In this document: piece after piece, positions 1-15,190 of the stretch
How positions within the stretch are numbered: the stretch's first letter is position 1
How the letters are laid out: every line of letters begins with the position of its first letter
Origin: Epiperipatus broadwayi
Taxonomy: Eukaryota > Animalia > Onychophora
Assembly: GCA_028023455.1 (NCBI GenBank)
Contig: JAQFVV010000001.1
Location: 20,026,001 to 20,090,000 of the forward strand
Length of the DNA stretch: 64,000 bases
Direction of reading: 5' to 3'
Position numbers and translations under genes: made by a program
The notes under the pieces: model-generated
The model's database searches: none
What the model was told of the DNA's origin: nothing
Seen by the model: only the letters and a program-made list of their open reading frames with translations

Positions 1-3000
1 ATTCCTTTCTAATAATAAAAAAATTATACAAAAAATAAAAACAAGATAATCAGTTAATTGCATTGATTTGATTTTTTGTAATGAAGAAAGATAAAGGAAG
101 AAAAAACAGTTCTAATTAACAAGAAAATTTACCACAAGTTTTATTTTTTTTTTTTTTAAGATAAAACTTTACCTCTCCTAAAAGGCTAAAATTAAATACC
201 ATTAAACAACTTATCAAAAATAAACAATTATTTTCTCCCTGTTCATTTTTCAAAACATAAATAAAAGGAACTGGTAAATAAATAAATTATTAAAGAGAGA
301 GAACAAAAAAAATTATTTCTCTCTCTTCTACCAACATTTACAATTTATAATATATATATATATATATATTATGATTTTAAAAAGGTTTGGCTATTATGTT
401 AAGAAAATTGTCTAGAAGATTCCTACAATCATGTGGGAAGAAAATAAAATATTTAGCTAATTTGAGACCCATTATTATTATAAAAATATGCATGGGAAAA
501 TTAAATACTATTTTCCCTTCAATTAAATAATTCTACAGTAAAACCCAAGGAGTATGCTGCCAATTATCTTTTTATTTTTAATAGTGCAACAATGTAGCAA
601 ACTAATTGCAATATATCATTGCAAAAATACAGGTTTTTGTAAAATTAATGAAAATAATGATTCATATATTTTGTATTACCACATGTTATATACATATAAG
701 TGTTTATTTAAAACAACTTACAAGTCATGAATATCTGTAAATTATAACTTAAACAATGTTAAATCATTTATCATTTTTGTTTGTTTTTTTAAATATATGC
801 AAATAATATCCAATATTTATAAATAATCAAAGTCAAAATACTTTACTTGTAATAAGAGAGTATTTATTTATCAGACTTTATTTTTGCACTATTATTTTTA
901 CTTCTAATTAATCAATAAATTTACTACTAATTATCTTAAATTATTCCAATAAAGTTATTTAATACTAATTGAAATTGTGTCCATTCTTGTTTACAGTCAC
1001 GAAGTCCTTGTAAACCAAGAAACTAGCTTTTGTTTTGTAGCCACCTATATAATTTTCTTTACAATTATTTAAATTGCATTAACATAATAAAACTTATTTT
1101 TAAAGTTGATTCATTTTATGCATATATTTTAGAATGATTACTAGTTCATTGATAGTTAGTAATATCATTATCCCAGATAACACTAAGTATTCATGAGAAT
1201 CAGCATTGACATAATGTTTATTTACAAGCACTTTTGATGTTTATTATTATAGTTAAGTATGTGTATACTTTTACAATATTATGTCTCAAGTTTGGTATTG
1301 GCTTGAGATCATTGGCCTAAAATTTTATAGTATGTCTCTTTTAAATCCAATCATGAAGAATGTGTATTGATTGTACTATATTATTACTTATATTCAATTA
1401 TATGCCATTGTTAGAACTGTTGATTCCTTGCTCTTATCACACTCAGTTAAAAAATAAAAAATAAAAACATGCTGTTGAGAATCATTAGTATTTCCATATC
1501 ACAAATTCTACCCATATCCCCCTATTCTGTACTTATATATTCCTGTAAGCCATCACAAGGTCCCATTGGCATTGTATTATAATATATTCTAAACCATAAA
1601 TGTACACATTCAGTACTTTCTGCCTATAAATTAATACAAAATTAACTTCATTAAGAAATGAAACATGTTTATGACTATTTCATAAGAAAAAAAATTAAGA
1701 TAAAAATTATACAATTTTCAAACTGCAAGTTAATTTTGCACTAGTAGATAGTAATAGTTACTTTCAGTTTCTTTTTTTTATTATTTAAAAAAAAATTTCT
1801 AATTTGATATTATTACAGTACATAGAATTCATTTCTCTTATCCTTTCATGAATTGTAATTTTGCATTTTTGTAAAGTATGGTTATTGGCATTAAATAATA
1901 CAATAATATTCAAATGATTTGTGGCTTAGAAAATCATATAATGTGAAAGAACCAAACATAACAGGTTAAACTGATTAAAAAAGATTTAACTTTTGAGTTC
2001 ATCACTCCATCTCTACATTAGACAACACTGAATGAATATAACTATTTTATTTTATTTGTTCTAATATCTCATTTGATGTCATTATTAGTTAGCCGTGATG
2101 CAATAAAACCAGTGTATTTCTAATGAGAAAATTTTCATTTTAAAATCTGTTAGCATTTTCTCATGACTTCACAACCCTCAAGTGCCTAGGAACTCAGGTG
2201 TAAAGAAATTTTAGATTTGATGCAATAGTTTCTTTCATCTTAAGGATTTTGTAATCATATAGATGTGAACTACCCAGTTGACTTCATTTTTTATTCAAGC
2301 CCATTTTCATTAAAATAGAATATGAGAATTAGTTCAATGTTTACAACTGTGCTCATGTCTTTTAAGTCTATAGAATGAACAGTCAACTTTCTAATAACAC
2401 AATATTTCGAAATATTTTTCATTTCCTTTCTCTCCCTTTTAATCAGATTCACACACATATAAAATATTATTGTAAGTTACTATTAAATTTCATATTACAC
2501 TTACTTTATTAAAATATAATTTATTTACAATATCGTTAATAAATTTTAAATGTTACTTCAACAAAGTAAATTTTCAAAGCTTTATTTTTTTGTTATATAT
2601 CTTGTATTTAAAATCTATTTTTATTTTTTTAAAGAAAAAACATCTCACATTTCATAAAGGAAATTATCATTAAAGAGTAACTGATATAATCATAAAATGT
2701 TAACACTTCAGAAGCCACTAGTCTATTGTTAAGCAGCAACAAATCTTTTGTTCTCTCAAATAAAACTTTCTTTTTTGAAATTTAATAAACCTCAATAATA
2801 AAAATAAAATAATAAAATTTGTTTTCAAACAGAAAATGTAATTTCCTCTATTAATTACATTTATTTTCTTATAAATTTCTGATTATGGATCAATGAGGTT
2901 GATATAAATACACAGTCATTAATACACAATGGATAAATCTAAAACAAAATTCAATAAATGGATGCAAATATGTCTATATTTTTTGTTTTCAATAATTGTT

Positions 3001-4584
3001 TACTTAGCTATAAAGAAAAATTATGATATAGCGTTTTTATAAAAAAAAAAAAATGTTATCATTGCTATAATTATAACTAGCAAAATTGTTTTCCAAATTA
3101 TTATATGCAACTGTTGCATTTTTATTAGAATTTCAAAAAAATATTGAAGGAAAAAATGTCCAGGACAGGTATTTATTTGTGTTGAAACAGAGTTTTGAAC
3201 AGCTGAACATACTCTGTACAGTAAATATATATATATCATTTAAAATAAAAAAGTGTTTCAAATTATATTTAATTACGCTACTATATTTGAGACAATAGAA
3301 TATCAGTTTTGTTTTAAAAAAATGTAGTTTTCAACGGAACTTTTAAACTTGTTTACTAATAAGTTATTTTTTTACATTCTGGAAATATGCCGTTGTAGTT
3401 AATTGAATTGAAAAGCAAAAATGACAAATCAATAATGAATAAATTACCAAAATAAATAAAATTCAATATAAATGTAACCGAATTTAAACATATTATTGTT
3501 GTTTTTTTAAAAAAAAAAAAAAAAAATACTTACTTTCATGATATCTTCTAAAAAATAAAAAAGCTAGGAGACCTTGTGCATAATTTTTAATCATACAAAC
3601 AGATAAATTTATATACAGGTATTCAGTTTTAATATAAAAAAAATTAAATATTTCATATTTATCATAGGAAAAACTATATTAAAAAATTATAAAAAATTAA
3701 CAATTCAAAATGATAAAAAAACAAAAATCAATTCTAATAAATAACATTAGCATCAAAATACCAAAATTCAGTAATATTTTTAAGACCTCAAAGGAGTATT
3801 TTCAATTGTTATAATTTCTTTTACTCTACTTTAAAAAGAATTGGCTATCTAACATTTATAAGAGAAAAAAATCGGATCATCTAATTGAAATCATTTTCAT
3901 AAACTTAAATTGAGTACTGACTTAGCATCCATCATAGTTGATAAATAATGTTAGCATTTGTTTTCAGACCAATAAATATTCCACTTTCTTTATTTATAAA
4001 GTTTTTATTAAATGCATGATAGAAAAATTTTGTTTCCACTTCAAATTATCTTAGTAATCTATATCTTGCAAATTAAAAAACAGAAATAACTCATAAAAGT
4101 CAAAACATAGTATTTCTTGGATTTTTTCATGTATTTAACATCTTCATATTCATTTTACAATGTATGCTTAGAGTTTATGTTTTAAAGTATGTCTAGAATA
4201 AAATAGAATATAGAATAAGAGCTATATGTAGTATTTTTAATTATTACAAATAAGTAAGTTTTATATATTCACTTTTAAAAAATTTAATTATTTAATATTT
4301 ATGAGAAAACCTGTGAAATTGTTCAAAAAAATCCAATAAATTATGATAGTATCAAATTGCTAAAATAAAACTCCCTTTTTTTTTTCTGTATTCTTGGTCT
4401 TTAGGAATCCTCTGCCCTATTTTAAATTGGTGCAAGCTTACAAATAAGTCTTTTTTTTTTCCAGTTTAGAAAAAATAATTAATTAATATTTATGAGAGTT
4501 AAATTTAAGAAAGAAGAATTGTTAAAAAAAAATCTGATAAATAATATGAGCATTAAATTAATAAAAAAAATTTAAAAAAAGTGT

Positions 4585-6436
4585 TCTCTTATATTCTTGT
4601 TGTCTATGGTCATGTTTGAATTGGTGTAGATATACAAATTGTGAATTTCTTTTTAATTGGCCTTAAAGAATACATATATTAAAAAACCTTCCTTTTTAAG
4701 CATACAGGTATGTTGCCTTACAATACTACATTATTTCTATCAAAAGCAATCCACTCAAGTTTAATTCTACTATTAATTTCATCATTATTTTCATTCTATC
4801 TTAATAATCTGACCAAGGAAATTATATTTGTTTTTCTAATTCTTTATTATCAATCTTTATTTACTTCTGAGAAAGTACAGTGAACATTACTTTAGCTCTC
4901 CTAGTAATGATCTTTAATTCTGTTTTCTTACTTTCATTTGATAACTATTGTAACATTTCTGAAACTCTGAAGCTTTAGATGTAAAAGCAACTATATTTAT
5001 TACCTGCAGATTTTGTCACTTTAAATAATTTGTTTATTTTGAACCTCCTCATTTTAATTTGCAAAATACTACTTGTTAAACTCCTATAAACTTTTGGAGA
5101 TATCTAACCATCCTGTCATACTCTCTTTTCAGTGTTGATTTTATTAACATCATCATGCTCTCTAAGCAGTGTTGTTGTATACTGATGAATATTTTTCAGA
5201 ATTTGAAACTGCTGTGGGTCTATATCCAAACTTTTAATCACTGAGAAAATGCTTGCAGATTCAAATGAGTTTTTTTTTTAATATAAAAATCCAAAGCATA
5301 ATAGCAATTCATATTCATTGGACCCTTCTCTAACTTCTCTCAATAGTTGAATTTGATCTATTCTTAAAAATCACTTTAAAATCCAGATTGTTTTTTTGAT
5401 TGGTTAGATTCCAAAGTTTCTTCTAGAACAAGGTGCAATTACCTTGATGAAGATTTTCTATAGAGCCGACAAAATACTGATAAGTCTATGATTTTGAGTA
5501 TTTTCCTTGTAACCTTTCTAAATAAAAATACTATTACAGTCTTGCAATAACCTGGCATATGTTTATTATTTAGACATTTGCTATATAACATGTCCAACAA
5601 TTGGTGTACATCTTTACCAGGTTCTTTTAAAATATCAATAATAATTCCAACATTTTCTGGAGATTTCCCTTCTTCAGATTTAAATACACATCTCATCTCT
5701 TCATTTAAAATAATTTTCAATTTAGAAGATATAGTAACAACAAAGGCTACATTATTATTTTGTTCTTTATTATTACTTAATGAAACTTTTTTGACACATT
5801 TTGTCATCTCTCTTTTTAGTAAAAGTTCCATATTATATTCTCATTCCTAAAACAACCTTCCAATATTTTTAACTCTATTTATTATCATCTCTAGAAAATC
5901 AATTCTTTTCAATGATTCACTTTTATAAAGTTTCATATGCCTTCTTTCCTTATATATTCTTTGTCTCGATAAAAAATTTACTAGTAAATTGTTCTTTTCT
6001 GTATAAGCTCTCTTTCTTGAAATCGTCAATGAAGAATTTTTAGTTAACATCTTATTAATTTCAGTCAAGCTTCAACCATTTTGAAAATCCATTTAACAAA
6101 TCTTGCCACTCTGTCTAATATATCATCAATTTCTACATCATTATTGTTAAAGTTTTTATTTATAATAAATTTTATTTCATTTGTACTCTCAATATTTATG
6201 GATTTAAAGAACCACGCCCACTATTCAAATCAATTATATCTATACCTTTTCATCTACCTTCACAATGTCCCATTTGATATTAGACAGTTCCTTACAATTC
6301 ACACAATCTTCCTTACATAAAAATAATCTGCAGTTTTATAGGTTGTCTAACCAAAAGGCTGTCATCAGCTGCAGAATTAGATAGTGTCTTTACAGTTTCC
6401 TTGGAATAAGGACCACAATTATGTTTTGTTTGTCAT
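4585..6436 (-). mobile_element. Old, internally deleted copy of the RTE-clade LINE family at 41054-43975
   Basis: Minus-strand sequence aligns by eye to the 41-44 kb element. Matches: start ATGACAAACAAAACATAA vs ATGACAGACAAAAATAA; EN segments (LSNIKWDIV, DRVARFV); ORF 5439-5831 (KSPENVGIIIDILKE..LYSKCLNNK vs KAPGNDGIIIDILKE..LYTKCLNDK); LDSNQSKKQSGF vs LDFHQPREQAGF; IKLEWIAFDRNN. It has many stops and frameshifts and a several-hundred-bp deletion in the EN-linker region. The 4585 boundary is approximate. Confidence 0.85.
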
Positions 6437-6444
6437 GATTATAT

Positions 6445-7140
6445 ATATAAGTACTTTATTTTCAGCATTACAAATTGAATCTCTTTCAAAGTATTGTCCA
6501 TTTAATGCAATGCTCAGGTAGTCTGAAAACTCTTGAAAATATAGCTGATGGATAAGCTGGATTATACTGAATGTAATTAATAATTGTTTCACATTCAAGG
6601 CTCACACTGTCATGGTGAACATTGCATTCCTTATTTTGCCACAAAATGGACTATTTACTTTACCACACAAAAAAGTTTCAGAACTTTTAGGTTTTAAATG
6701 CCTGATCATTACAAAAAATTTCTGATTGAACAATGTCATTATCACCCCAAAAATCAGCATTGTTTTAACATTGGACTTCACTTACCACACTTTTTTAAGA
6801 TGCAATAAATTTGATACTCCATTAAACCACTCATAAATTTATGTTTTCCCAGAGCAACTTACTTATAAACTGTTTCACATATTACAATTGTTTTCCCTGC
6901 TAGTGTCCTTGAAAGAAAACAGTATTTCACACTGTTTAATCTTTGCAGCCATTACAAAAATTGACAAATACACAAAACATATTTTTAAAAAAAGTATTGT
7001 ATGTGATCACAATTTCATATGATGACATCATTTGTCAGACTGATGCAAAAGAATTCCTGCAAAAGATATGTAAAAGCAGAAGCATGACCTATAACAGATG
7101 TTGCTACAAAAGAACAATCTGTTTATTTTTGTGTACTCTT
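6445..7140 (-). mobile_element. Degraded mariner-family transposase relic
   Basis: Minus-strand remnants in mariner order: KSNVKTMLIF (6749-6778, cf. KSKVKTMLIVFFD), an HHD motif (6608-6624, cf. WxLHHDNA) and a C-terminal YFE (6481-6499, cf. GEYFEGD). Both sides are flanked by TA runs. TIRs were not resolved. Confidence 0.5.
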
Positions 7141-7141
7141 T

Positions 7142-7173
<32 letters not shown>

Positions 7174-7249
7174 GCTTCCATGATTTAAATCCACTTAACT
7201 TGGATCTAAAGTGAAAGAGAACCTCTTTTTACTTCAATAATAAACCTCA

Positions 7250-7650
7250 GAATAAAAGTTATTATAGATTTCAGGGAAATTGTCAATTCATAGTAATTAA
7301 TAATTTCCTAGCAACACCAAAGGCAAAAGTTATTTCTGTTTACGTGGATATGATCTCATTTCTGTTTTTATTATGACAATCCATGGAAAATCCTTAATTC
7401 AACATATATATCTCTCTGGAGAAGTTTAAAATATTATTTTCAGAATCTCCAGAAAGATATTATTCATTCACAATCTCATACCCATATAAAATAGCTTTCT
7501 AGGTTTAAATACATTTAACAACTTGGGTTTTATGTATAAGAGGATCTCCTTTTAGCTCAACAATAAACCCCAATAGAAAATCTATCATAAGTTAATGGAA
7601 AAAAACTTGTTTAGCATCAGGTATATTCTACTAATTGATAGTTTCCTGGC
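7250..7650 (-). mobile_element. Highly degraded LINE RT C-terminal remnant (RTE-like)
   Basis: Minus strand reads AILYGYEIV near 7470-7500 (cf. VLLYGxETW) in a plausible context. No ORF survives. Confidence 0.3.
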
Positions 7651-10600
7651 AACATCAAAAGGAAAAGTGTTTTATGTTTATATAAATATGTATGATGGAA
7701 TAAAAGTTTGAAAATATTAAATACATATTTTATGAATTTAAGGTTAAGTATCTCTAATAAAAAAAAAAATAATGTAAATGTGAAGTAAATTGTAACATGT
7801 GCTATATGGATTCCTTGGAAAAGTATATGTTTCTAATGTATCTATAGTGTGAGAGTATCCTCTGACTTCTGGCTGATGAATGATTGTGATAAGATTAAAC
7901 CAAGGTGAAAGATACACTGAGATAAAAATATAATTTGATAATATATACATACAAAAATATATCATTCTGTCATTGAGAAAATTCAAATAATATTTGAATT
8001 AAGAATTATCAATCAATTGAAAAGAAGGCCTATGATTTTTCTTGATGTTAAAAAGTCAATAACCTCAGCATGCTTGATGTGTGTTTGTTAGCAAGCCAGC
8101 TATATTCATTTAGTGTATGAATAATCACATAATAATAATAAGTACAATGACAAGACCTATGAAGTTTCCCTATTCATTTCCAATGCCCTATTCAGTTGCT
8201 TTGAGGCTTTAGAAAGAATATAAAAAATTTTCTTTCAGTTTACTGCAGCCTTCTTTCTGCAGATTCTATTATAATGTATATAGATTGGTACTTATGACTT
8301 ATTACTTCGACTATTTTTACTTAATTTTTTTGACAAGCTTATAATCACTATTTGAATTCTTCGTGAATTTTTACAAAATTAATCAAATTCACAATAAGAT
8401 TTAACACTCACTCAAACTAGCAAAAACTACTGGAAAAAAGATGAAAGAACCAAATGAAACAATTGATCATTTATAGGTGTATAATGACTGATTTTAAAAG
8501 GAATTATTATACATATTATTTAACTGTTTGAAAGATCAATTAAAATTTTAATGCTTTTTTATAATTATTCAAAAATCACTGGGTTCAGTAAATTAAACTT
8601 ATTTTAGCACATTAACAATAATACTAATATCACTGTATTTGTTCTTACTTTTTATAACAAATATTATTACCTTATCATTTTCTTTATTATTAATAGGCAA
8701 ATATATTTTATCTGTTATTTTTATTTTTTATTTAAATAATTACAACATACTTATATTTTAATGTGAATAATTTAAAAACTATATTTTTAATAATTTTAAA
8801 TATATAAAAATTCAACATTGTTTTGTCTAATAGTATGTGTGTATATATGTAGTCAACACAATTACTAAAAATTAAACCAAATTTGATAAAAATATCTTAT
8901 CATAAACATATTCACAATTTATATGTTACATGATTCTTTTTTATTAATGTAATTCATTTATATGTACACTAATATGTTTTTTTCATGAAATTATAAATGG
9001 TGACATAAGATATGTCAATTCTATAACTGCTGGTCCTAGAACTTCATATAACGCACATGTGTTCTGACTTTTATGTATAATAACTTAAACACAAAACTTC
9101 AAATTTAACTTAAAAAAAAAAAAATATTCCCACACATATTTTTACTATATTAGAATTATATTATAAACATCACTGATAAGACAATTGCTAAGTAAATCAA
9201 TCATTTATTCTAATTTAACTTTTATTAAATATACTGATATTCATATTTCTCCTATGGTATATAATACATTAACATTATCGTAATATTCTAGTTATAAATT
9301 AAATAAAAATGTGTTGATTTTTTCTAACTTGACAAAATTAAAGAAAATCAACAAATTCATTAATGTATATTAATGTTAATAAACAAATGAATTATAAAAA
9401 TATATTACAGAATTTATGATCAAATTAGTAAACACAACAAGAAACTTATAGATTTTAAATAAAATCAATTATTAATTTGAGAAATACAGATGCTACAATA
9501 TTTTTTTTTGTTTTTTGTTTTTTTTTTACTGTAAATTTATTTCTAAATTGTAGCATATCTATTAGCAACTGATATAATTCCAACATATAATTTTATGGAA
9601 AAATTCCACATACCTTTATATGTGTTAATACAAACATTTCGAATTTAAATAGTTCTCCTTTGGTTTCTTGCCATATTATTTATTCCTCCATTCAGTTTGC
9701 TTAAATGATTATTTATAAAAATACATTCATTTATATAATATTATGCTCAGCTAAAAAAAAGTAGTCATTTTAATTCAGTTGACTTATACATGAAAATATT
9801 CCATAATTATTTTTAAATATTTTGTATTAAACAGTGTGCAAATTGTATTATCATAGAGCAAGACTAATAATTAAGTCTAAATTACTTTTTTTTTTGTTTT
9901 GACAAGAGAAAGACTGAGAAACTACCACATTCCAAAAACAAATTGCACTATTGAGATTCAAACACTACTTCCATCAAAATAACCCTGATTTAATAATTCT
10001 CTTTTCTACAAACTATAGTGTTTTAGTGATGTTTGATATATGTCTTACTTTTCCAGTAAATTAATTTAATCTTATAAAGACAGTTTATTACAAACACTTT
10101 AATTTTAAAAAAAAAACACTAAATTAAAATTAATGTAACCAACACCTCTTTTTAAAAATAAAAACTATAGAATAATAATTATATATACATATAACAGGTA
10201 ATGATTAATTATTAATTTAAATAACCGAAATACATTTTATAACTTTAAGAAAAAAGACTTATTCTTCATTTGACAATGTATGTTATCAATTTTAAAAAAA
10301 TTAAATTAAATTAAACTCTATTGTCAAATATCTAAATTGTTCTTGTGGTGCTATTATTAAAATTTACATTGCAAATTCTTTTATTTACAAACAAAGAGAT
10401 CTATATATAATTTGTTTCCTTTACAAAAATTTAATCATGGTTTGCATAATTTATTTTTTTCCTAATTATTAAATAATGAATTAACATGTAATACAAAAAC
10501 AATCTTAAATCACAAGAATTTTTATATTAATTGACTACATTCATTAAATTATCAATGCCATTCAAAGCATGCTTTTTATAAAAACATTCAAACATTCTCA

Positions 10601-11621
10601 CACAAAATTAATCAAAACTAAATTTCTAAATAAAATAAATAATCGTTTTTCCTAAAGGCATATAAATTAGAGCTCTGTAATGATAGAATATATTTGGAAT
10701 ACTGGACTTATACTCTTAAAATTGCTACTCTACTATTATGATAAACAATGCTGAGCTTAAATGTATAATTGAAAGATTAGTTATGTTGTATGACATTTGA
10801 GCATTAAAAAAGTATTGAGCTGAAATGCATAAATATGTATATCTAAAATTTGTCAGCTCCTTGCTGCAATAAATCATATAGGGCAACTCAAATTATTTTA
10901 TTAGAAAGTTTAATCAATTCATAAAATGTACTTTGAAAGATTTCAATATCTCAAAACAATAATATCAAAAATCAATGGCAATAAAAAAATAAAAAGAAAC
11001 ACTTTATTTTGATACTGATTAGTTATCTCATATATATAATAAATTGTTGTTGTTTTTTTTTTAAATTATTTTATTTTAAACATAAAATAACACCAGAAGC
11101 TTTAAAAAGAAAGTGTCAATTTATTAGCTATTTATTTTAACAGAATGTCTACAGCTGCAGCTGGATTCTTTTTCTTCAAACAAATTTTCTAAATATTTTT
11201 TACCAAAAAGTAAACCTTTTGTAACATAGTAAAATTTAAACTATCAAAATATAAACAAAACCTTATTTATGTTAGGAAATTAAAATAAAATGTAAACATG
11301 AGAAATGATTAATTAAATGGATGAGTTTGTTTTCCTTATTCATATATATTCAATTAGACAAGTAAATTTGCAAAAAAAGAAATGAGCTGGGGTTTGATCA
11401 GTCATTAAAATGCTCAATCACTAACTGATTTCCAGAGCAATTAACTTTATTATTGTTTATATAATAAAGAAATTATGAAGTTTTTAAAAAAAATAATAAA
11501 GAAATATTATATAATATTAGACTACAGTTGGTAAATAGAACTATGTTCTTTGTCTTAGCGATCTCAATAGGCTAATATTTACTTCAATAAATATTATTAT
11601 TATCATTAATCTAAGTACAGT

Positions 11622-11790
11622 GATTTCCTAATTGCATAAATCATTATAAAACTATTTTCTTATGCAATTTATTTCACAATTAAGGTAATTCATTGTACAT
11701 CCCATACTATAGCTCAAGGGCAAGTAAAATATTATTTATTAAATTATTTTTATCTTCTTTGCTAAGCAGTTGTACTTATTATGGACTACT
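11622..11790 (+). repeat. Interspersed repeat, copy 1 of 2 (partner at 17504-17670)
   Basis: About 170 bp colinear with 17504-17670, including shared blocks ATTGCATAAATCATTATAAAACTATTTT and ATCCCATACTATAGCTCA. Confidence 0.85.
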
Positions 11791-13229
11791 GATCCTTACA
11801 AATAAATGAGTTCATTGGAGATATAAATCCAAACTGCCACAGAACAATTTGTGGATCGACATATTTATTTGTCTATTTAGTAGTCATATATTTTAGTTGT
11901 CTAAGTACATTTATGTGATATATTTTAGATTGCCCAAATATTTAGTGCATAAGTGGAGAAAACCCCTTGCTTCACAATTGTATGTATTATATATGGTTGC
12001 CCAAATATATGAGGCACTTGCATGCCAGCTAGACCTACACAGTTATTTTTGTTATACAAATGATTACCCAACGATGCAAGCTATTCAATGAACATCACTT
12101 ATTTTACCTTGACATTTTGGCAGTCTTTCCTTAATAGTTTTCCTTTACGTTTTCTTTCATTAAACAAGAACATATTATCATTTATGAGATAATGTTGCTT
12201 TATTAACATTGTTCATATGGTTGAGAATTCAATTTCTTCACACTTTGACTGCCCTACAAGAAGTCGAGTATTTATTCATGATCTATGAGAGATTTAAAGT
12301 CATATAATAATAGGTAAATAGAATTAAAATTGTATCATTAACCAAATTAATATCACTATTTGCTGTATATTAGTGTTAGATTTTAAATAGAGTAATGCCT
12401 CAATGGATAATAAGTTTTAACTTTTGTAGTTGTGCTTAGTTTAAGGGTTTAAATTTAGAGTAAATTATTGAATTGTTTTCTGAAAAATAGAATGTAAGAT
12501 TACATGGTTTGAGAAATAGCAAATTTGTAAAATGCTTTATAAATGAAATGTTTTATAAGTATGCCCAAAAAAGGCATGTGAAGATAAAGTATGAGATGAT
12601 GATGCCTGGACTTACCATTTAATAATGAGTTTGTTTACGACTTTAAAAGTACTATATGTGTTATATGTCAGTTAATGCCAAAGGAATGTGATCTCAATAG
12701 TAATAAATATTATTGAGTTATTCTCATGAAGCAACTACAAAATTAATAATGAAAAGGATCTGAAACTAGCTTATTTTATTGAAAGTATCATACCTTAGTT
12801 ATTTTGAAAAATAGATGGAAAACATTAGAGCAAACTACTGGATTTGGTGATGATAGCATAATGCAAAGTCTTTTGAGCATAATCACGAAGTTTATACTAT
12901 AGTATACACAATATAAGTTGAATTCTAAAAAACAAATAAATAAATTTATACATATTAGTTTGGGATAATAATAGTGTGGATAGATAAATCAACCACTATT
13001 GAAATGTGATAATATAGTAGTATGTGTGTGAATAGAGATTCAATTAATTTGTAGGGTTCAGCATATAAAGCATAACAAAAAAACACATTATTCATTTGTT
13101 TAGTATGAGATATTGAATTAAGAGGCAGAGTCATTCCTTCCTTTCTAAAATAATATAATAACATAAATATAAAATAAATTATGGAAAATAAGAAAAGATT
13201 ACATATGTTATAACAGGTAAGTGAAGTTA

Positions 13230-15190
13230 ATGAAGTCTGTCACATCAAAAACTGATCAAAATGAATCCATAATGGAAATTTTGCAGCTCTTGATGATTAA
13301 GATTAATGAAAACCAAGAAAAATGTGACCAGAGTCAAGAAATACTTAAACAAGAATTGAAGCAAGAATGAAATAATGCCAGGAAGCCCTTAAACAGGAAC
13401 TGAAAGAAAACTAAAAAAAAATGTGATAAGATTTAAATGGAAATGAAGCAAAACCAATAAGAGTTTAAACTAAACATGAAGCCAAGCAGAGGAAAAGTTA
13501 ATCATGAAGATAAAATAGCATCAATATGAAAGAATAGGTTGAAATAGGAGATTAAGCATATGCATACAGAGTTATTTCATAAAATAAGAATGAGTAAGAG
13601 CAAATACATAGCTTGAAAGTTAAGTTTAATGAATTAGAGAGTAAGATGAAAAAAAAACTTCAGGTCAAATACAAATAAAAATCAGCAAGTTAAAAGATAG
13701 TATAAAAGAGAAACAAAGTTGGAGCTGGAACATGGAAACTACAATTGAAAAGTAAAAGTTAGAGTGCCAAAGTAAGGATAAAATTTTAGAAGCTAAAATG
13801 ATAAACAGGAGCAGAAAATCAAAGTTTAAGAAACTCAGATCGAGCAAAATCATAGAATATGGCATTCATTTAGATAAAATACAATCCGAGATAAATCATT
13901 TGAAAGTCCACTCACCATCTTCGATTACTTTGATTGACTATACTTCCATAGAAGAAGAACTAGAAGTTTTACAACAGAATAAAGAAAGGGAAGGGAAATG
14001 ATAAAAAGAATTTGGAAAAAGATTGTCAAGTGAAGATTAAAAACTTTATTAGAGATAAAAACTCAATTTCCAAATGGGATAAGAAAACCTGCAGATAGAT
14101 TAACAAAACCATATGAAGAGAGCATGGGGTGTCCAGATAATACTGTAGTATCCCCATTTAAATGTGACTTCCTACCACCTCCCATTATAATTGGTCCATT
14201 GAAGGAAGGAAGAATATTAAATGATGAATGTAAAGTTACTAATGTCAGGGTCCAGGGACAATGGAAATAAGCAGTTCATAAAAAGTTATAATAGTATATA
14301 ACAAGAATTGTTTTTCATTTTATAGATTGAAAGGGAGAAGGTTGCTATCACTAGCAATCACTTATATGGGTTCACCAAGAATTGATGGAGTCATTGTTCA
14401 TAAGACCAATTAATTACTTTTGGATATTATAACCAAACCTTATTAAATAATTTTTGGAGCAGAGAGGCAAGATAGTATTCACCATCAAGTTTTTAGGAAA
14501 GATTAAGTCCTTTTTGCTGCTGATATAGTCACTATCAAAGATGTAGCGTAACTATTAAACAATATTGACATGGAACGATTGCAGCAAGAACCTAAGAAAA
14601 GAAACATAGGGGATGGGCAGTTTAAAAAATGTATTTCTGGATATCAAATACATTCGAAATCACAAGAATATAACCAATCAGGGTGCAGACCTAGGAAATG
14701 TAACAATAATTGTCCTTCTCAAGAGGCTACAAATTATTACAATGGATATCATCTGAAAGTCCAAGGGTTTGTTAATGTGTTGACTCTGAAAAATACAGCA
14801 AGGAAAATGATACCAAAATGTATTCGAGTACCATTATCAAACTCAGAAACTATCTAGTCTTAATGGAACATTCCCCATTACAGAGGTCTACTAATATATA
14901 TTTAAATAAAATGTAAGAGTGCCAATGAATACAAATGTTGTAAAATATTTGTCTTGTTAATTGTAATCTGTTTAACAAAAAAAGTACAAGACACATAAAT
15001 GTACATAATCATTGACATCATTGTTGGGATGGTTTAGTTTTAATTAACCATGAGTTACAGAATGTTCAATTGGTAATAATAATCTTATGTTAATTGTTTA
15101 GAATTGTTTTGTTCATTTTTATTAAAGATGTGAATATGTTATGTTTATATGTTGCCATCTATAGCTTCCTTGTAGTGTATAAATAACTAA
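13230..15190 (+). mobile_element. Probable ancient retroelement relic (coiled-coil ORF1-like segment followed by RT-like debris)
   Basis: 13230-14000 is a purine-rich E/K/Q-rich coding-like stretch with many stops. Near 14630 it reads VFLDIKYIR (cf. VFLDIxKAFD). It ends in a UTR-like tail with AAATAAA near 15190. Family not assignable. Confidence 0.3.

Noticed and set aside
984-1021. Hairpin TTCTTGTTTACA...TGTAAACCAAGAA
   Set aside because: About 12 bp of stem is too short for a pre-miRNA, and such hairpins are common by chance in AT-rich DNA.
3021-3239. 72-aa ORF ending in a hydrophobic tail-anchor-like segment
   Set aside because: Hydrophobic I/L/F runs are expected from AT-rich DNA, and there is no homology or codon signal.
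9609-11200. Scattered exon-like segments on the minus strand (AAG|GTATGT donor near 9612; KICLKKKNPAAAVDIL near 11150-11195)
   Set aside because: Stops in all frames or poor splice context; I could not assemble a gene model.
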